A stretch of 64,000 nucleotides of DNA from Nitrosopumilus sp. (GCA_965249555.1 OZ252243.1:640001-704000); one strand, 5' to 3'; positions 1 through 10,629 are shown, numbered from the stretch's first letter. Notes: a model not told the origin generated them from the sequence alone. Translations and numbers: made by a program.

Positions 1-18
1 ACATATCAACTCTACTAG

Positions 19-3000
19 GCTTCAAGAGAGTTGTAACTTTATCGTTACAGAAATTTGGTGGTCATGTGCCATATCAGAACGCCCTGATGTTATGCTTCAA
101 TGGGGCTGTAACTTTATCGTTACAGAAATTTGAGAATAAATCCAGTAATAAATGGATTACCAGTTCCAGCGCTTCAATGGGGCTGTAACTTTATCGTTAC
201 AGAAATTTTATGCGCTATGTGTTATGTTTGTCATACTCATGTAGCTTCAATGGGGCTGTAACTTTATCGTTACAGAAATTTCACAAATTGTAATACAATA
301 AGGGTACTATAACGGTTGCTTCAATGGGGCTGTAACTTTATCGTTACAGAAATTTTATGCGCTATGTGTTATGTTTGTCATACTCATGTAGCTTCAATGG
401 GGCTGTAACTTTATCGTTACAGAAATCACTCGGATGTTGTTTTCCCTGCACGTCTGATATACAGAGCTTCAATGGGGCTGTAACTTTACCGTTACAGAAA
501 TTGGCTCCAGCTTTGGTAATCTCAAGAATGATCTCGCCACGCTTCAATGGGGCTGTAACTTTATCGTTACAGAAATCACTCGGATGTTGTTTTCCCTGCA
601 CGTCTGATATACAGAGCTTCAATGGGGCTGTAACTTTACCGTTACAGAAATTGGCTCCAGCTTTGGTAATCTCAAGAATGATCTCGCCACGCTTCAATGG
701 GGCTGTAACTTTATCGTTACAGAAATGGCTTAATCAAAGATGTTATCTCAATGTCCGTATATTATCAACTTCAATGGGGCTGTAACTTTATCGTTACAGA
801 AATATAAAGAGGAAGCTGAGGGTTTCACAATCGATTTTCTAGCTTCAATGGGGCTGTAACTTTATCGTTACAGAAATTTTGTGAGGTTTGAAGTTTGAAG
901 TGGACAGTTTCCCAAGCTTCAATGGGGCTGTAACTTTATCGTTACAGAAATTCTGTTATCTTTGATTTTTAGTTTGATTTTATCTTCTTCAGCTTCAATG
1001 GGGCTGTAACTTTATCGTTACAGAAATCTAAAAATGTTTTGACTGCTGTCGGCGTGTAAGCCGGGCTTCAATGGGGCTGTAACTTTATCGTTACAGAAAT
1101 TTCCATCAGCTCCAGTTTCATCTTTACCAAATGCTTTGCTTCAATGGGGCTGTAACTTTATCGTTACAGAAATTTCTCCAGCCGGATATTGATAACCGTG
1201 AGCCTTCATGCTTCAATGGGGCTGTAACTTTATCGTTACAGAAATTTCGAAAAGCCAATTAGTAAACTTGGTACGACTCACCTGCTTCAATGGGGCTGTA
1301 ACTTTATCGTTACAGAAATTGTAAGTTACAGGATAACGCAATAAATCTATGCTCAGCTTCAATGGGGCTGTAACTTTATCGTTACAGAAATACTTTATCA
1401 CGATTACGGTTTAGATAGTCAAGGACAAGCTTCAATGGGGCTGTAACTTTATCGTTACAGAAATAAATGAATCAGCGAATAGTTCGACATCAAATTTCTT
1501 GCTTCAATGGGGCTGTAACTTTATCGTTACAGAAATCTGATGATAACATCTTTGCTGAATTTCATGTTCATGCTGCTTCAATGGGGCTGTAACTTTATCG
1601 TTACAGAAATCATGAGTGATTTGTTGTCCTCGAGTTGGTCCTCCATGTGCTTCAATGGGGCTGTAACTTTATCGTTACAGAAATGATACAACTTGAAAAT
1701 ATTGCAAAAGCAGAAGCACGCTTCAATGGGGCTGTAACTTTATCGTTACAGAAATTGGAAAATCAAGCTTCAAAATTAATGGCTACAACATCGCTTCAAT
1801 GGGGCTGTAACTTTATCGTTACAGAAATTTCCCTATGGACCTTCCTTTGCAGGTCCTTGTATTTCTCAGCTTCAATGGGGCTGTAACTTTATCGTTACAG
1901 AAATGCGGCAGCCAATCCCGACGGCTTGGCTTCCATCATAGACGCTTCAATGGGGCTGTAACTTTATCGTTACAGAAATGTAGTAATTGCATTCATCTGC
2001 ATTTGACTTGCACCACCGCTTCAATGGGGCTGTAACTTTATCGTTACAGAAATTTCGGCTTTGAAAATTGCTAATGCTTTAGATTTTTTGCTTCAATGGG
2101 GCTGTAACTTTATCGTTACAGAAATCTTGATGTCTCAAACAGCAAGAGTTCAAACTAGATTAGCTTCAATGGGGCTGTAACTTTATCGTTACAGAAATAT
2201 AGAACGGTTATCAGGTCAAAGAGCGTTAAAAGTAGCTTCAATGGGGCTGTAACTTTATCGTTACAGAAATTTGGATAGCGATTGGATAGCTATGACAAAG
2301 CAACTGGAAGCTTCAATGGGGCTGTAACTTTATCGTTACAGAAATCTGCATCAGTAAGAAATAGTAGATTGTCTACAGCCGTTGCTTCAATGGGGCTGTA
2401 ACTTTATCGTTACAGAAATGATGGATCAGGCTATACCAGGGGTATTGGGTCAGGGATGCTTCAATGGGGCTGTAACTTTATCGTTACAGAAATTTAGTGT
2501 TACTGAAAATTCTAGGTTAGGATGGTCCAAAGCTTCAATGGGGCTGTAACTTTATCGTTACAGAAATTTTGAAAAAGAAACTTTGAAAGAAGACAAAGAG
2601 AGAGCGCTTCAATGGGGCTGTAACTTTATCGTTACAGAAATCTTAGGTTGTAGAACTCAAAGAACAGCTGACATTATCGCTTCAATGGGGCTGTAACTTT
2701 ATCGTTACAGAAATGTCAGAATTAGTTTGAGTAAAAACACTACCTTTTCTCGCTTCAATGGGGCTGTAACTTTATCGTTACAGAAATTTAGCATACAAGA
2801 GATAGCCTCCGATACCAACCGCTCCTGGCTTCAATGGGGCTGTAACTTTATCGTTACAGAAATTTCTCAAAATGAAAAAAATTGTTAACAATGTCCAAGC
2901 TTCAATGGGGCTGTAACTTTATCGTTACAGAAATTTTGAGCCTTTCAATTACACTAGTTAAAATTTTAGATGCTTCAATGGGGCTGTAACTTTATCGTTA

Positions 3001-3538
3001 CAGAAATCACCAAGTCGTGCAATACCTCCACCAGGTCCTCCTGGCTTCAATGGGGCTGTAACTTTATCGTTACAGAAATTTGATTGTTTCGACAAGATTC
3101 CAACTGACACCTAGATCCTGGAGGCTTCAATGGGGCTGTAACTTTATCGTTACAGAAATTAGGATATCAGCGCCACGACTTAGGCCCGCTGCTAAATTTG
3201 TGCTTCAATGGGGCTGTAACTTTATCGTTACAGAAATATGGTATACAAGCAACATATCCGTACGAAGTGTGTATTGTCTACGCTTCAATGGGGCTGTAAC
3301 TTTATCGTTACAGAAATATCGAATTTAGAAAACTTGTCGCAATTAGAACATTTATGCTTCAATGGGGCTGTAACTTTATCGTTACAGAAATTTTTATAGA
3401 GCTATAAAGCCTAATATAAACCCTAAATGCTTCAATGGGGCTGTAACTTTATCGTTACAGAAATTTCTGTTTGTTCTTTTTTAGCCTTGTCAAGACTACT
3501 TTGCTTCAATGGGGCTGTAACTTTATCGTTACAGAAAT
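19..3538 (-). CRISPR. CRISPR array, 48 repeats / 47 spacers (about 35-44 bp), type I-G (I-U)-like repeat ATTTCTGTAACGATAAAGTTACAGCCCCATTGAAGC
   Basis: 36-bp repeat with a 7-bp hairpin CTGTAAC/GTTACAG and 3' end ATTGAAGC on the minus strand. The degenerate terminal repeat at 19-54 (4 mismatches) marks the trailer end, so the leader is on the cas2 side. Single-base variant repeats at 466, 616 and 768. Confidence 0.99.
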
Positions 3539-3691
3539 GGGGTCATTTTCTCTAAAACCGTTATCATGTTTTTGTTTCTAGTTGTTTTTCAATTGTTATC
3601 TGACGATTCAAGCAAATCATAGACATTGCTGTGGTATGATATTTTTTTCATATATATTATATCTGCGAGAGTATTATCATACTTACCTTGA
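3539..3691 (-). promoter_or_regulatory. CRISPR leader
   Basis: AT-rich non-coding stretch between cas2 and the first intact repeat, opposite the degenerate end; TATA-like run near 3650-3660. Confidence 0.7.
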
Positions 3692-3801
3692 CTTGTAACC
3701 CATCGCATTTTCTTTGCCCTATATCACTTGCGCAAAGCTCTTGATAGGGCTTCTTGTCAGGCATCTTGTAACCCATCGCATTTTCTTTGCCCTATATCAC
3801 T
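3692..3801. repeat. 37-bp direct repeat (3692-3728, 3765-3801) flanking a 36-bp unique insert
   Basis: CTTGTAACCCATCGCATTTTCTTTGCCCTATATCACT present twice, exact; the second copy overlaps the cas2 stop codon. Confidence 0.95.
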
Positions 3802-4079
3802 ACGGATCTCTCCCTTTCCGTATCCATTTGTGCCCCTATTACTGATATTCTTTCTTTACTTTTATTTAAGGAGCCAAGATTAATTATCAAAATTTTATCT
3901 TCAACCATATTCATTATATCCTCTAACTCTTCTTTCATAATTATTATTTCCTTGTAGTTAAGATCACACATAAACACAGAATATTGTACAGGTTCCCCAT
4001 ACCCCTTCATCTTTTTATGTATCTGTATCAATCGTTGCGGATCATGTATATCGTAACATACAAAGTATCTATTGCGCAA
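3792..4079 (-). CDS. cas2: CRISPR-associated endonuclease Cas2
   Basis: YFVCYDI..D..R and VQYSVF motifs; likely TTG start at 4079 just after the cas1 stop (ORF track start 4139 overlaps cas1). Confidence 0.96.
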   Translation of the reverse strand: MRNRYFVCYDIHDPQRLIQIHKKMKGYGEPVQYSVFMCDLNYKEIIIMKEELEDIMNMVEDKILIINLGSLNKSKERISVIGAQMDTERERSVVI

Positions 4080-4083
4080 ACCT

Positions 4084-5769
4084 TCATCTTGTCCTAAATG
4101 CAGGATATGTTGGAATCTCTCCAAGAATATGTCTGGCAAGTAATCTTGTTTGAGTTTCCATTATGCGTTTATAGCTGGCAGCATAACCCAAAAGTGGATG
4201 AATAACAACAGAATCCATACGTCTCTCATATGCAGTTATCACTGTAGAACGCCCTCTATTGGTAAGGTTTGTTCCAAAGTCGGTCTTTATCAAATCTGAT
4301 TCATTGATTTCACCGTTATTGATAAGCGTAATACATGTAGAATCTGCTACAATTGGTCTGAATTCCTCGATCATATCAAGTGCAAGTGCGGGTTTCCCAT
4401 ATTTTGGCATATGAAGAAATCCCAGATAGGGATCAAGACCTACTCTACTAACTGTAATCATTGCATTCCTTGTCAACATTGCATATAGAAATGACATAAT
4501 TGCATTAACTGGATCCTTTGGAGGTCTTCTGTTTCTTCCATTAAAATCAAAAGCCGTTGATTCAGATTTTATCATGCCATTAAATTCTGAAAAATATATG
4601 CGTGCAGCCATTCCCTCTATTCCAAGAAGAGTATCATATTGTTTTACAGTACATGCACGTTGTGCAAGTATGTTCATCTTGTGTATCTTATCTATAGGGG
4701 GAGATTTGTGGTTTCTACGTAGCATTGTCATGCAATTTTTTATTTTTCCAAACACCATCTGACGAGCTATCCCAATGGATGCATTTTTAACATCATATTT
4801 TTTATGCTGTTTAATTCGCAGTTCTATATTTTTATGTGAAAGTCCTGTAGTAATACCCGTAAACCATCCTCCATATGTCATGTAACAGATAGGAATATTT
4901 CGCTTGCTTAACTCCCTTATTGCTTGTGTTGTGATCTGGATATTTCCAAATAGTGTAATTTCTGAAATGTCTATCAATCTAATCTTCTTTATTATTGTAT
5001 CTTTTAATTTTACATGAATGCAATCATTTGATTTTGTAATATGTGCTCCCTGTTCCTGTATGTATACTGGTATGGTGTCATTTCTTATTGGATACATTCT
5101 GCGTATCTGGTCCTTGTTTATTTGATGAGTCTCATCTGATAACAAATTGACTTCATCAGGTAGACATATTCCCACAAGGGAACATCTTGGACATTTCGGA
5201 CTGTCAACCAACGGAGCAGGTATTGTATATGACTTTGCCATTTCTTTCATCTCTTTGATCATCTGTAATGTTTTTTTTACTGTTTGATCATCTAGATTAA
5301 TTTCTATTCTTTGCTTTGATGCAATATAATAAACAAAACCCTTTGTACATGTGTATCCATTTGCACGTAGTAAAAGTCCTTGAGCACATACTTGTATGAT
5401 GTGATCATCATATGTTCTGTTAGGAGTATTGGGAGTGCTGCCACGTTTGTATTCTATTGGTGTTGCAACGTTTCCATCTAATTCAAGTAGATCTGTTTTA
5501 GATATCAATCCAAGCTCTGTATCAGACAAAGTAACTGATCTGGCATGAATCTTTTCTACTGTGATATTATCTTTATCGGTCTTTTGTTCAAGCATTTTTC
5601 CTCCTGACGGTTTGTCTACATTTCTATGCTGATATTTGCCGTCTATCACATCTTTGTTGGATTCAAATTCCCCTTGAACCCATTCCATATATGCAAGTCG
5701 TTTACAATATACGAATTGTGTTAGCATTCTTACTGGTATAAGATTTGAATTAACACTTGATGTACTCAT
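4084..5769 (-). CDS. cas1: Cas4-Cas1 fusion protein (typical of type I-G/I-U)
   Basis: N-terminal Cas4 (YCKR, KTD..IEYK, CPRCSLVGIC Fe-S cysteines); C-terminal Cas1 (GIEG, RRPPKDPVNA, GFLH, LALDMIEEFR). Confidence 0.97.
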   Translation of the reverse strand: MSTSSVNSNLIPVRMLTQFVYCKRLAYMEWVQGEFESNKDVIDGKYQHRNVDKPSGGKMLEQKTDKDNITVEKIHARSVTLSDTELGLISKTDLLELDGNVATPIEYKRGSTPNTPNRTYDDHIIQVCAQGLLLRANGYTCTKGFVYYIASKQRIEINLDDQTVKKTLQMIKEMKEMAKSYTIPAPLVDSPKCPRCSLVGICLPDEVNLLSDETHQINKDQIRRMYPIRNDTIPVYIQEQGAHITKSNDCIHVKLKDTIIKKIRLIDISEITLFGNIQITTQAIRELSKRNIPICYMTYGGWFTGITTGLSHKNIELRIKQHKKYDVKNASIGIARQMVFGKIKNCMTMLRRNHKSPPIDKIHKMNILAQRACTVKQYDTLLGIEGMAARIYFSEFNGMIKSESTAFDFNGRNRRPPKDPVNAIMSFLYAMLTRNAMITVSRVGLDPYLGFLHMPKYGKPALALDMIEEFRPIVADSTCITLINNGEINESDLIKTDFGTNLTNRGRSTVITAYERRMDSVVIHPLLGYAASYKRIMETQTRLLARHILGEIPTYPAFRTR

Positions 5770-6112
5770 ATGTTTTGAAATTATTTTTCATATAAATAAA
5801 TCAATATATTGATGAGATAATTACTAAATGAGATAGATACAGTATCAATTATTGCTGTTTGAATTTCAGGATTATGTAACAATTCATCTCTCTCTAATTC
5901 TTGATTGAATTGCACTTGAAGAATATGAGTAATACTGAATTACTTTTTTGATTTCTTTAGACTTTTCTCGTATCTCTCAAATACTTTATCATCTCTTTTG
6001 CTCCATGGTTACTCTTCTTTGAGTTTGGTTTCTTCCATAGTTATATTATAACTATTTTGTTATTCAATTGCTTAAGCTTTGGTGATTTTGAAAATATAGG
6101 TCTCGATACCCG

Positions 6113-6637
6113 TTATACAAACTTTCTAGCCTTCATTCTCTTGATTTTTTCTTGCAACAAAATACATCCTTGGATGAGAGTTTCAGGTCTAGGCGGACAG
6201 CCAGGAACATAGACATCGACTGGAATCACTCCGTCAATTCCCGGAAGTACATTGTATGAATCAAAATACAACCCCCCAGTAATTGCACAAGCTCCCATAG
6301 CAATTACATACTTTGGTTCTGGCATTTGATCATAAACTAGTCTGAGACGTGGTGCCATTTTTCTTGTAATAGTTCCTTGAACAACAATTAGATCACATTG
6401 TCTAAGTGATCCAAATGCCTCAATGATACCAAATCTTTCAACATCATATCTAGGACTTGATGCTGCACCAAATTCAACACTGCAGCAAGCCGTTTCAATG
6501 TGGACAGGCCAGAGTGACCAAATTCTACCCCAATTGATGGCATAGCCCAATGGTTTGCCGATTGCCCGCTCTAAAATGTCCCCTAGCTTTCCTACAAAGA
6601 CATTTGCATTTTCTGGCGTTACTAAATCATTAAGCAA
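6113..6637 (-). CDS. nuoB: NADH-quinone oxidoreductase subunit B
   Basis: TACCSVE, GACAITGG and VPGCPPRPE Fe-S motifs. Confidence 0.97.
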   Translation of the reverse strand: MLNDLVTPENANVFVGKLGDILERAIGKPLGYAINWGRIWSLWPVHIETACCSVEFGAASSPRYDVERFGIIEAFGSLRQCDLIVVQGTITRKMAPRLRLVYDQMPEPKYVIAMGACAITGGLYFDSYNVLPGIDGVIPVDVYVPGCPPRPETLIQGCILLQEKIKRMKARKFV

Positions 6638-6676
6638 TCTTATCCCCTATCTCATAAATGCAATTTATATAAAAAA

Positions 6677-7051
6677 CTACCATATTCTTCGCCTCCCAGA
6701 CTGATACAATGCAAATGCCATTGCGCCAAACATTATAGCTAAAAATCCCATCATTGGCAAAGTTGCACTCTTTGGAAGTTCCAAAAGGGCACTTCCCCAG
6801 GCATACAGGAAGATTGCCATGACATCAAAGACTACAAACATCAGAATGTAGGGATAATACTGCATCATAAAGTGAGTCCGGCCTTCGCCTGACGGGACTT
6901 GACCGCATTCCATTGGTAAAAATTTCACAGGATTGTTTATTTTTCGAGGAGAAATCATCCTAGAAATAACTAAAGCCGGAGCCATAGCTGCTACGGCAAA
7001 TCCAAACATCAATACAACAATACTGTAATTGCCCGCTAATTCTCCGACCAA
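6677..7051 (-). CDS. nuoA: NADH-quinone oxidoreductase subunit A
   Basis: Three hydrophobic helices, PMECG loop, FVVFDV; directly upstream of nuoB. Confidence 0.95.
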   Translation of the reverse strand: MVGELAGNYSIVVLMFGFAVAAMAPALVISRMISPRKINNPVKFLPMECGQVPSGEGRTHFMMQYYPYILMFVVFDVMAIFLYAWGSALLELPKSATLPMMGFLAIMFGAMAFALYQSGRRRIW

Positions 7052-7097
7052 TTTAGCTTTTCACTACAATTTTTGTATATAATTCAATCGTTTCAAA

Positions 7098-8030
7098 GGT
7101 TCTCCCATACGAAATCGTCTCCAACCCTACTGAGGACACTTACTAGCGTGCTTTGCTGAATCAGGACATCTCAGATATGCTTTGCATCTTATACTTTCGT
7201 TGTGTCAGTTCATGATTTTGTGTACGATACACTTTCAGAATTTGTTAGCATGTACCCGGATTATTGCAAGCATCCGGTCTTGCAGCTGCCACCTTTGCCT
7301 TTTGTTTTCCTCTTCTCTTTGCAATTCTGAAATAGAATGATTCCATTCTTTCATCAAATCGTACTATAGTATTTGCAGCCTCTACCATTGCGTTACGTAA
7401 CCATGCAGAACCCCTCTTTGTTATTCCGCCTCCTCGGTGCACATCTGCGCTGTCCCTGTGCGATGGTGCAAGTCCTGCATATGAGACTAGTTTTTCTGCT
7501 GTTGCAAATCTGCTGATGTCAACTATCTCTGAAATTATTGTCAATGCCGTGACATAGTTTATTCCAGGAATGGTCATTAGCAGTCTTGTTTTCTCATCCT
7601 CATTGCTAATTGTTGCAATCTTTATCTCAATTGTGTTGATCTGTTTTTGCATCATATCTATGCTGTCAAGATATGCATCCATTGCCATTCTGTCAACCTC
7701 ACTCAGATTAATTTCATGCAACCATCGTACTCCTTTTTGCGAGAATGTCTTTGTGGGTGTAATCATATTTTGCAAGTATTGCATAAATCATGTTTTTGTG
7801 TTTTGATACATTTCGCACGCGATTCAGTCTGGTTCTTACCAGACTGTATAGGTCTCTATAGTATTTTTCTGGTACGAATGAGCTGTACACCATGTCTGCT
7901 CTTAGCAAGTCTGCCAATACGTCTGAATCAAGTTTGTCGTTTTTTATCTTTGCCTGTGCAATTATCTTGGTCTTTGCAGGATGTGCGAGAACTGTATCAA
8001 TTCCATGGTCTTCTAGTGTGTCATGGAGTC
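7098..8030 (-). pseudogene. IS110-family transposase remnant (5'-truncated, frameshifted) with its 3' end
   Basis: KNDKLDSDVLADLLR, TIPGI, SYAGLAP and KRGSAWLR motifs split over several frames; 3' end sequence recurs at 24511, 32551 and 34399. Confidence 0.9.
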
Positions 8031-8364
8031 TAATCCAATAGTTGGCTTTGTTGTAATGATAGGACTATCCATTATGTTTAGTTTAGGACAGAATACTTAC
8101 GAATCAGAAGAATATGATCTGGTGGTTATTGGATTTGAGGATTTGCTAACAAAATGCAACAGCATACACAGTTTTGAATCCTATAATTCCTACATTGATC
8201 ATCATAATTCTTTCATTGATGAATATGGGGAATTTAATAAATCTGAAGGCGATACTGAAATTGTTTCAACAGATTACCAAATTGCAATTTTGATAGAAGA
8301 ACTGATTCAATGTGAGAATAAGGAAGAATCTAGGTTGATAAACTATGGTGAGCTATCAGGATAG
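8023..8364 (+). CDS. hypothetical membrane-anchored protein (possibly 5'-truncated)
   Basis: 113-aa ORF with N-terminal hydrophobic segment abutting the IS110 breakpoint. Confidence 0.5.
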   Translation: MESNPIVGFVVMIGLSIMFSLGQNTYESEEYDLVVIGFEDLLTKCNSIHSFESYNSYIDHHNSFIDEYGEFNKSEGDTEIVSTDYQIAILIEELIQCENKEESRLINYGELSG

Positions 8365-8379
8365 GATGTAATTTGTATC

Positions 8380-8783
8380 TAGGATTTTTCTTTATTCATT
8401 GATCAGAAAGTCAAACTAAACAAGTGTTTCAATCAGAACCAGAACCTATTGATGAATGTCCTTTTTGCCATAAACCTAGCGATATTATATACAAAATATA
8501 CAACAATAAGACTAAGCATTATTCTGCTTTTTCAATAGGATAAGGGGATTATTCGGCTACATTTACTTGTAGAAATTGCACTACTGAAGGAGAATTATCA
8601 AAAGATTTTGAACATAATTTAATCTACAATTTCAAATTAGGTTTAAAATATAATAAAATCTGTAAATCATACAAACATAATCCTGTAAAGGCACGAGGTC
8701 AATTAGAAAAATTAATACAAAAAAATCAACAGTATACAAATGTTGAGGATTTTGTAGAAACTCTAAGAGATTGGGATAGATAA
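8380..8783 (+). pseudogene. zinc-ribbon protein remnant
   Basis: One frame reads ECPFCHKP...FTCRNC but contains internal stop codons. Confidence 0.4.
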
Positions 8784-8910
8784 TTACCATCTCCATAAAT
8801 CCTTCAAAAAGCCCCGACAGTTAACAGGAAGAAGATTTACAGTTATGCCTCGATAAGTTAACAGAACCGTTTCAAATAGTTTTTATATTAGTATACCGAA
8901 CATATGGTGA

Positions 8911-9923
8911 ATGCCTACCTTATTAACAACCAGAGATCGAATTAGTTTTGAGGATAAAATACAGACAAAAGCAGTCAATACGCAGAAAACATCCCAGTCA
9001 TCAGTAAGAAACTTTGAGAGATTTTGCAAGGAAAAGTATGACAAATCAATGGAGGAGATAATATCAGAATATCACAAAGTTGAGATGGATTTAATCTATG
9101 AATCACTGCAAGAATGGATAAACTGGAACAATACAAAGGTTCATTCAAACAGCATTCCTACACTGTTTTCATATCTCAAAACATACCTAAGATATCACAA
9201 GATAAGAATTACAAAAGAGGATGTGGTAAAACAGCTGAGTTTACCTCACAAGGTCAAAGAGGAGAAATATCCATTGACAAAAGAGGAGATCAGAAGCCGA
9301 TGATTTTTTGTTTGATATTGAACATGATTACCTGGGAGAAATATCCATTGACAAAAGAGGAGATCAGAAGGATACTGCAAGTATGCAATAAGAATAACAC
9401 GATCAAGATTCTGGCACAGTTATCAAGTGATATGAGAAAAGGGGAATTGCTCCAGCTGAAAAAAAGAGATCTTGGACAAAAAAGAATCATGGTAAATATT
9501 CCTGCAAGTATTACAAAGACAAAAAGATCAAGGGTGACTTTTTTTAGCAGAGAGATAATACCTTTACTGATGCCGATTCTTAGAAGGCTCTGGCTGATGA
9601 TGACAGAGTGTTTTTTCGTGGAAAGCTAAATCCTGCAAACATAAGCAATCACTACCAGCTGATTCTGACAGAGTATCTAAAGAGGACAGGGCTTGATCAA
9701 AAATATGAATCCGGACGTCACAAGATAACAACACACAGCTTTAGGGCATTTTTTATCACAAAGGTGTCTCTTCATGATCCAAACCTTGCAAAGTACTTTG
9801 CAGGACAGGAACAAACAAGAGACCTGCTGATGTATGACATATTGACAGCAGATGAAAAGTGAGAAAACTATATCAAATTTGAGCCTGATTTGTTGATATG
9901 GGATTCAAATAAAAGCGTAAGGT
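8911..9923 (+). pseudogene. tyrosine recombinase/integrase, disrupted
   Basis: Three frames carry the N-terminal binding domain, SSDMRKGELLQL (catalytic R), KTK, HSFR and LMY; broken by a 74-bp insertion at about 9297, a frameshift near 9590 and a stop at 9860. Confidence 0.9.
9261..9370. repeat. 36-bp direct repeat (9261-9296, 9335-9370) flanking a 38-bp unique insert
   Basis: GGAGAAATATCCATTGACAAAAGAGGAGATCAGAAG present twice, exact; flanking bases differ on both sides. Confidence 0.97.
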
Positions 9924-9936
9924 AAGGCCAACTGTC

Positions 9937-10629
9937 ATGCCACATGTCTCAATTTATGTTGATGAATCAGGAGATATTGGATTTAAAAGATCATCAGAGT
10001 TCTTTACTGTAGGATATGTGTTTACTGTTAACAAGTTTCCTCAAAAAGAAAATAGGAGAATGAAAAAATTATTAAAGAATATCAATCTAGGTATCAAAAA
10101 ACACAATAAAAAAATTTCAGAATTCAAGTTTTCAGACAATACACATGAAATTAGAAAGAAGGTTTTACATGAAATACAAAAATTGGATGCAAACATTGGT
10201 GTCATATGTATAAGCAAGGATTCAGTAAAGGCAAAATTGAAAAAGGATCCCATCAGATTCTACAGCTATGTCATAATTGAGAATATTGCAACGGTGCTAG
10301 TAAATGATTATATGAAAACATATGATCCTTACAACAACATTCGTTTTACAATAGACAGAAGTTTATCAAAAAATCAGATTAAATCATTTAATGAATACTG
10401 TGAAGAAAAAATATCATACAAAACACATCAAAGGGATCAGGAAATGGAAATACGCACAACAATCAAGCATGAGGATTCAAAAAAAGTTCCGATGCTGCAA
10501 GTTGCAGACTATATAGCAGGTGCAACACAGAGAAAAATTGTACATAGAGATTCAACATACTATAATATAATTTCAGAGAGAATAAAACATCGTGAAAAAT
10601 GGGATTGGAACAACAAAATTAGTTGGTGA
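9937..10629 (+). CDS. DUF3800 domain protein
   Basis: N-terminal IYVDESG, EFKF and C-terminal S......LQVADYIAG motifs. Confidence 0.85.
   Translation: MPHVSIYVDESGDIGFKRSSEFFTVGYVFTVNKFPQKENRRMKKLLKNINLGIKKHNKKISEFKFSDNTHEIRKKVLHEIQKLDANIGVICISKDSVKAKLKKDPIRFYSYVIIENIATVLVNDYMKTYDPYNNIRFTIDRSLSKNQIKSFNEYCEEKISYKTHQRDQEMEIRTTIKHEDSKKVPMLQVADYIAGATQRKIVHRDSTYYNIISERIKHREKWDWNNKISW

Noticed and set aside
357-3328. ORFs within the CRISPR array
   Set aside because: Translations of repeats and spacers; useful only for revealing the NuoA peptide match
3657-3764. 35-aa minus-strand ORF starting in the 36-bp insert (MPDKKPYQ...)
   Set aside because: Created by the insertion and duplication; no coding evidence
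4084-5769. Casposon
   Set aside because: Cas1 is fused to Cas4 and linked to cas2 and an array; no family B polymerase or enclosing terminal repeats
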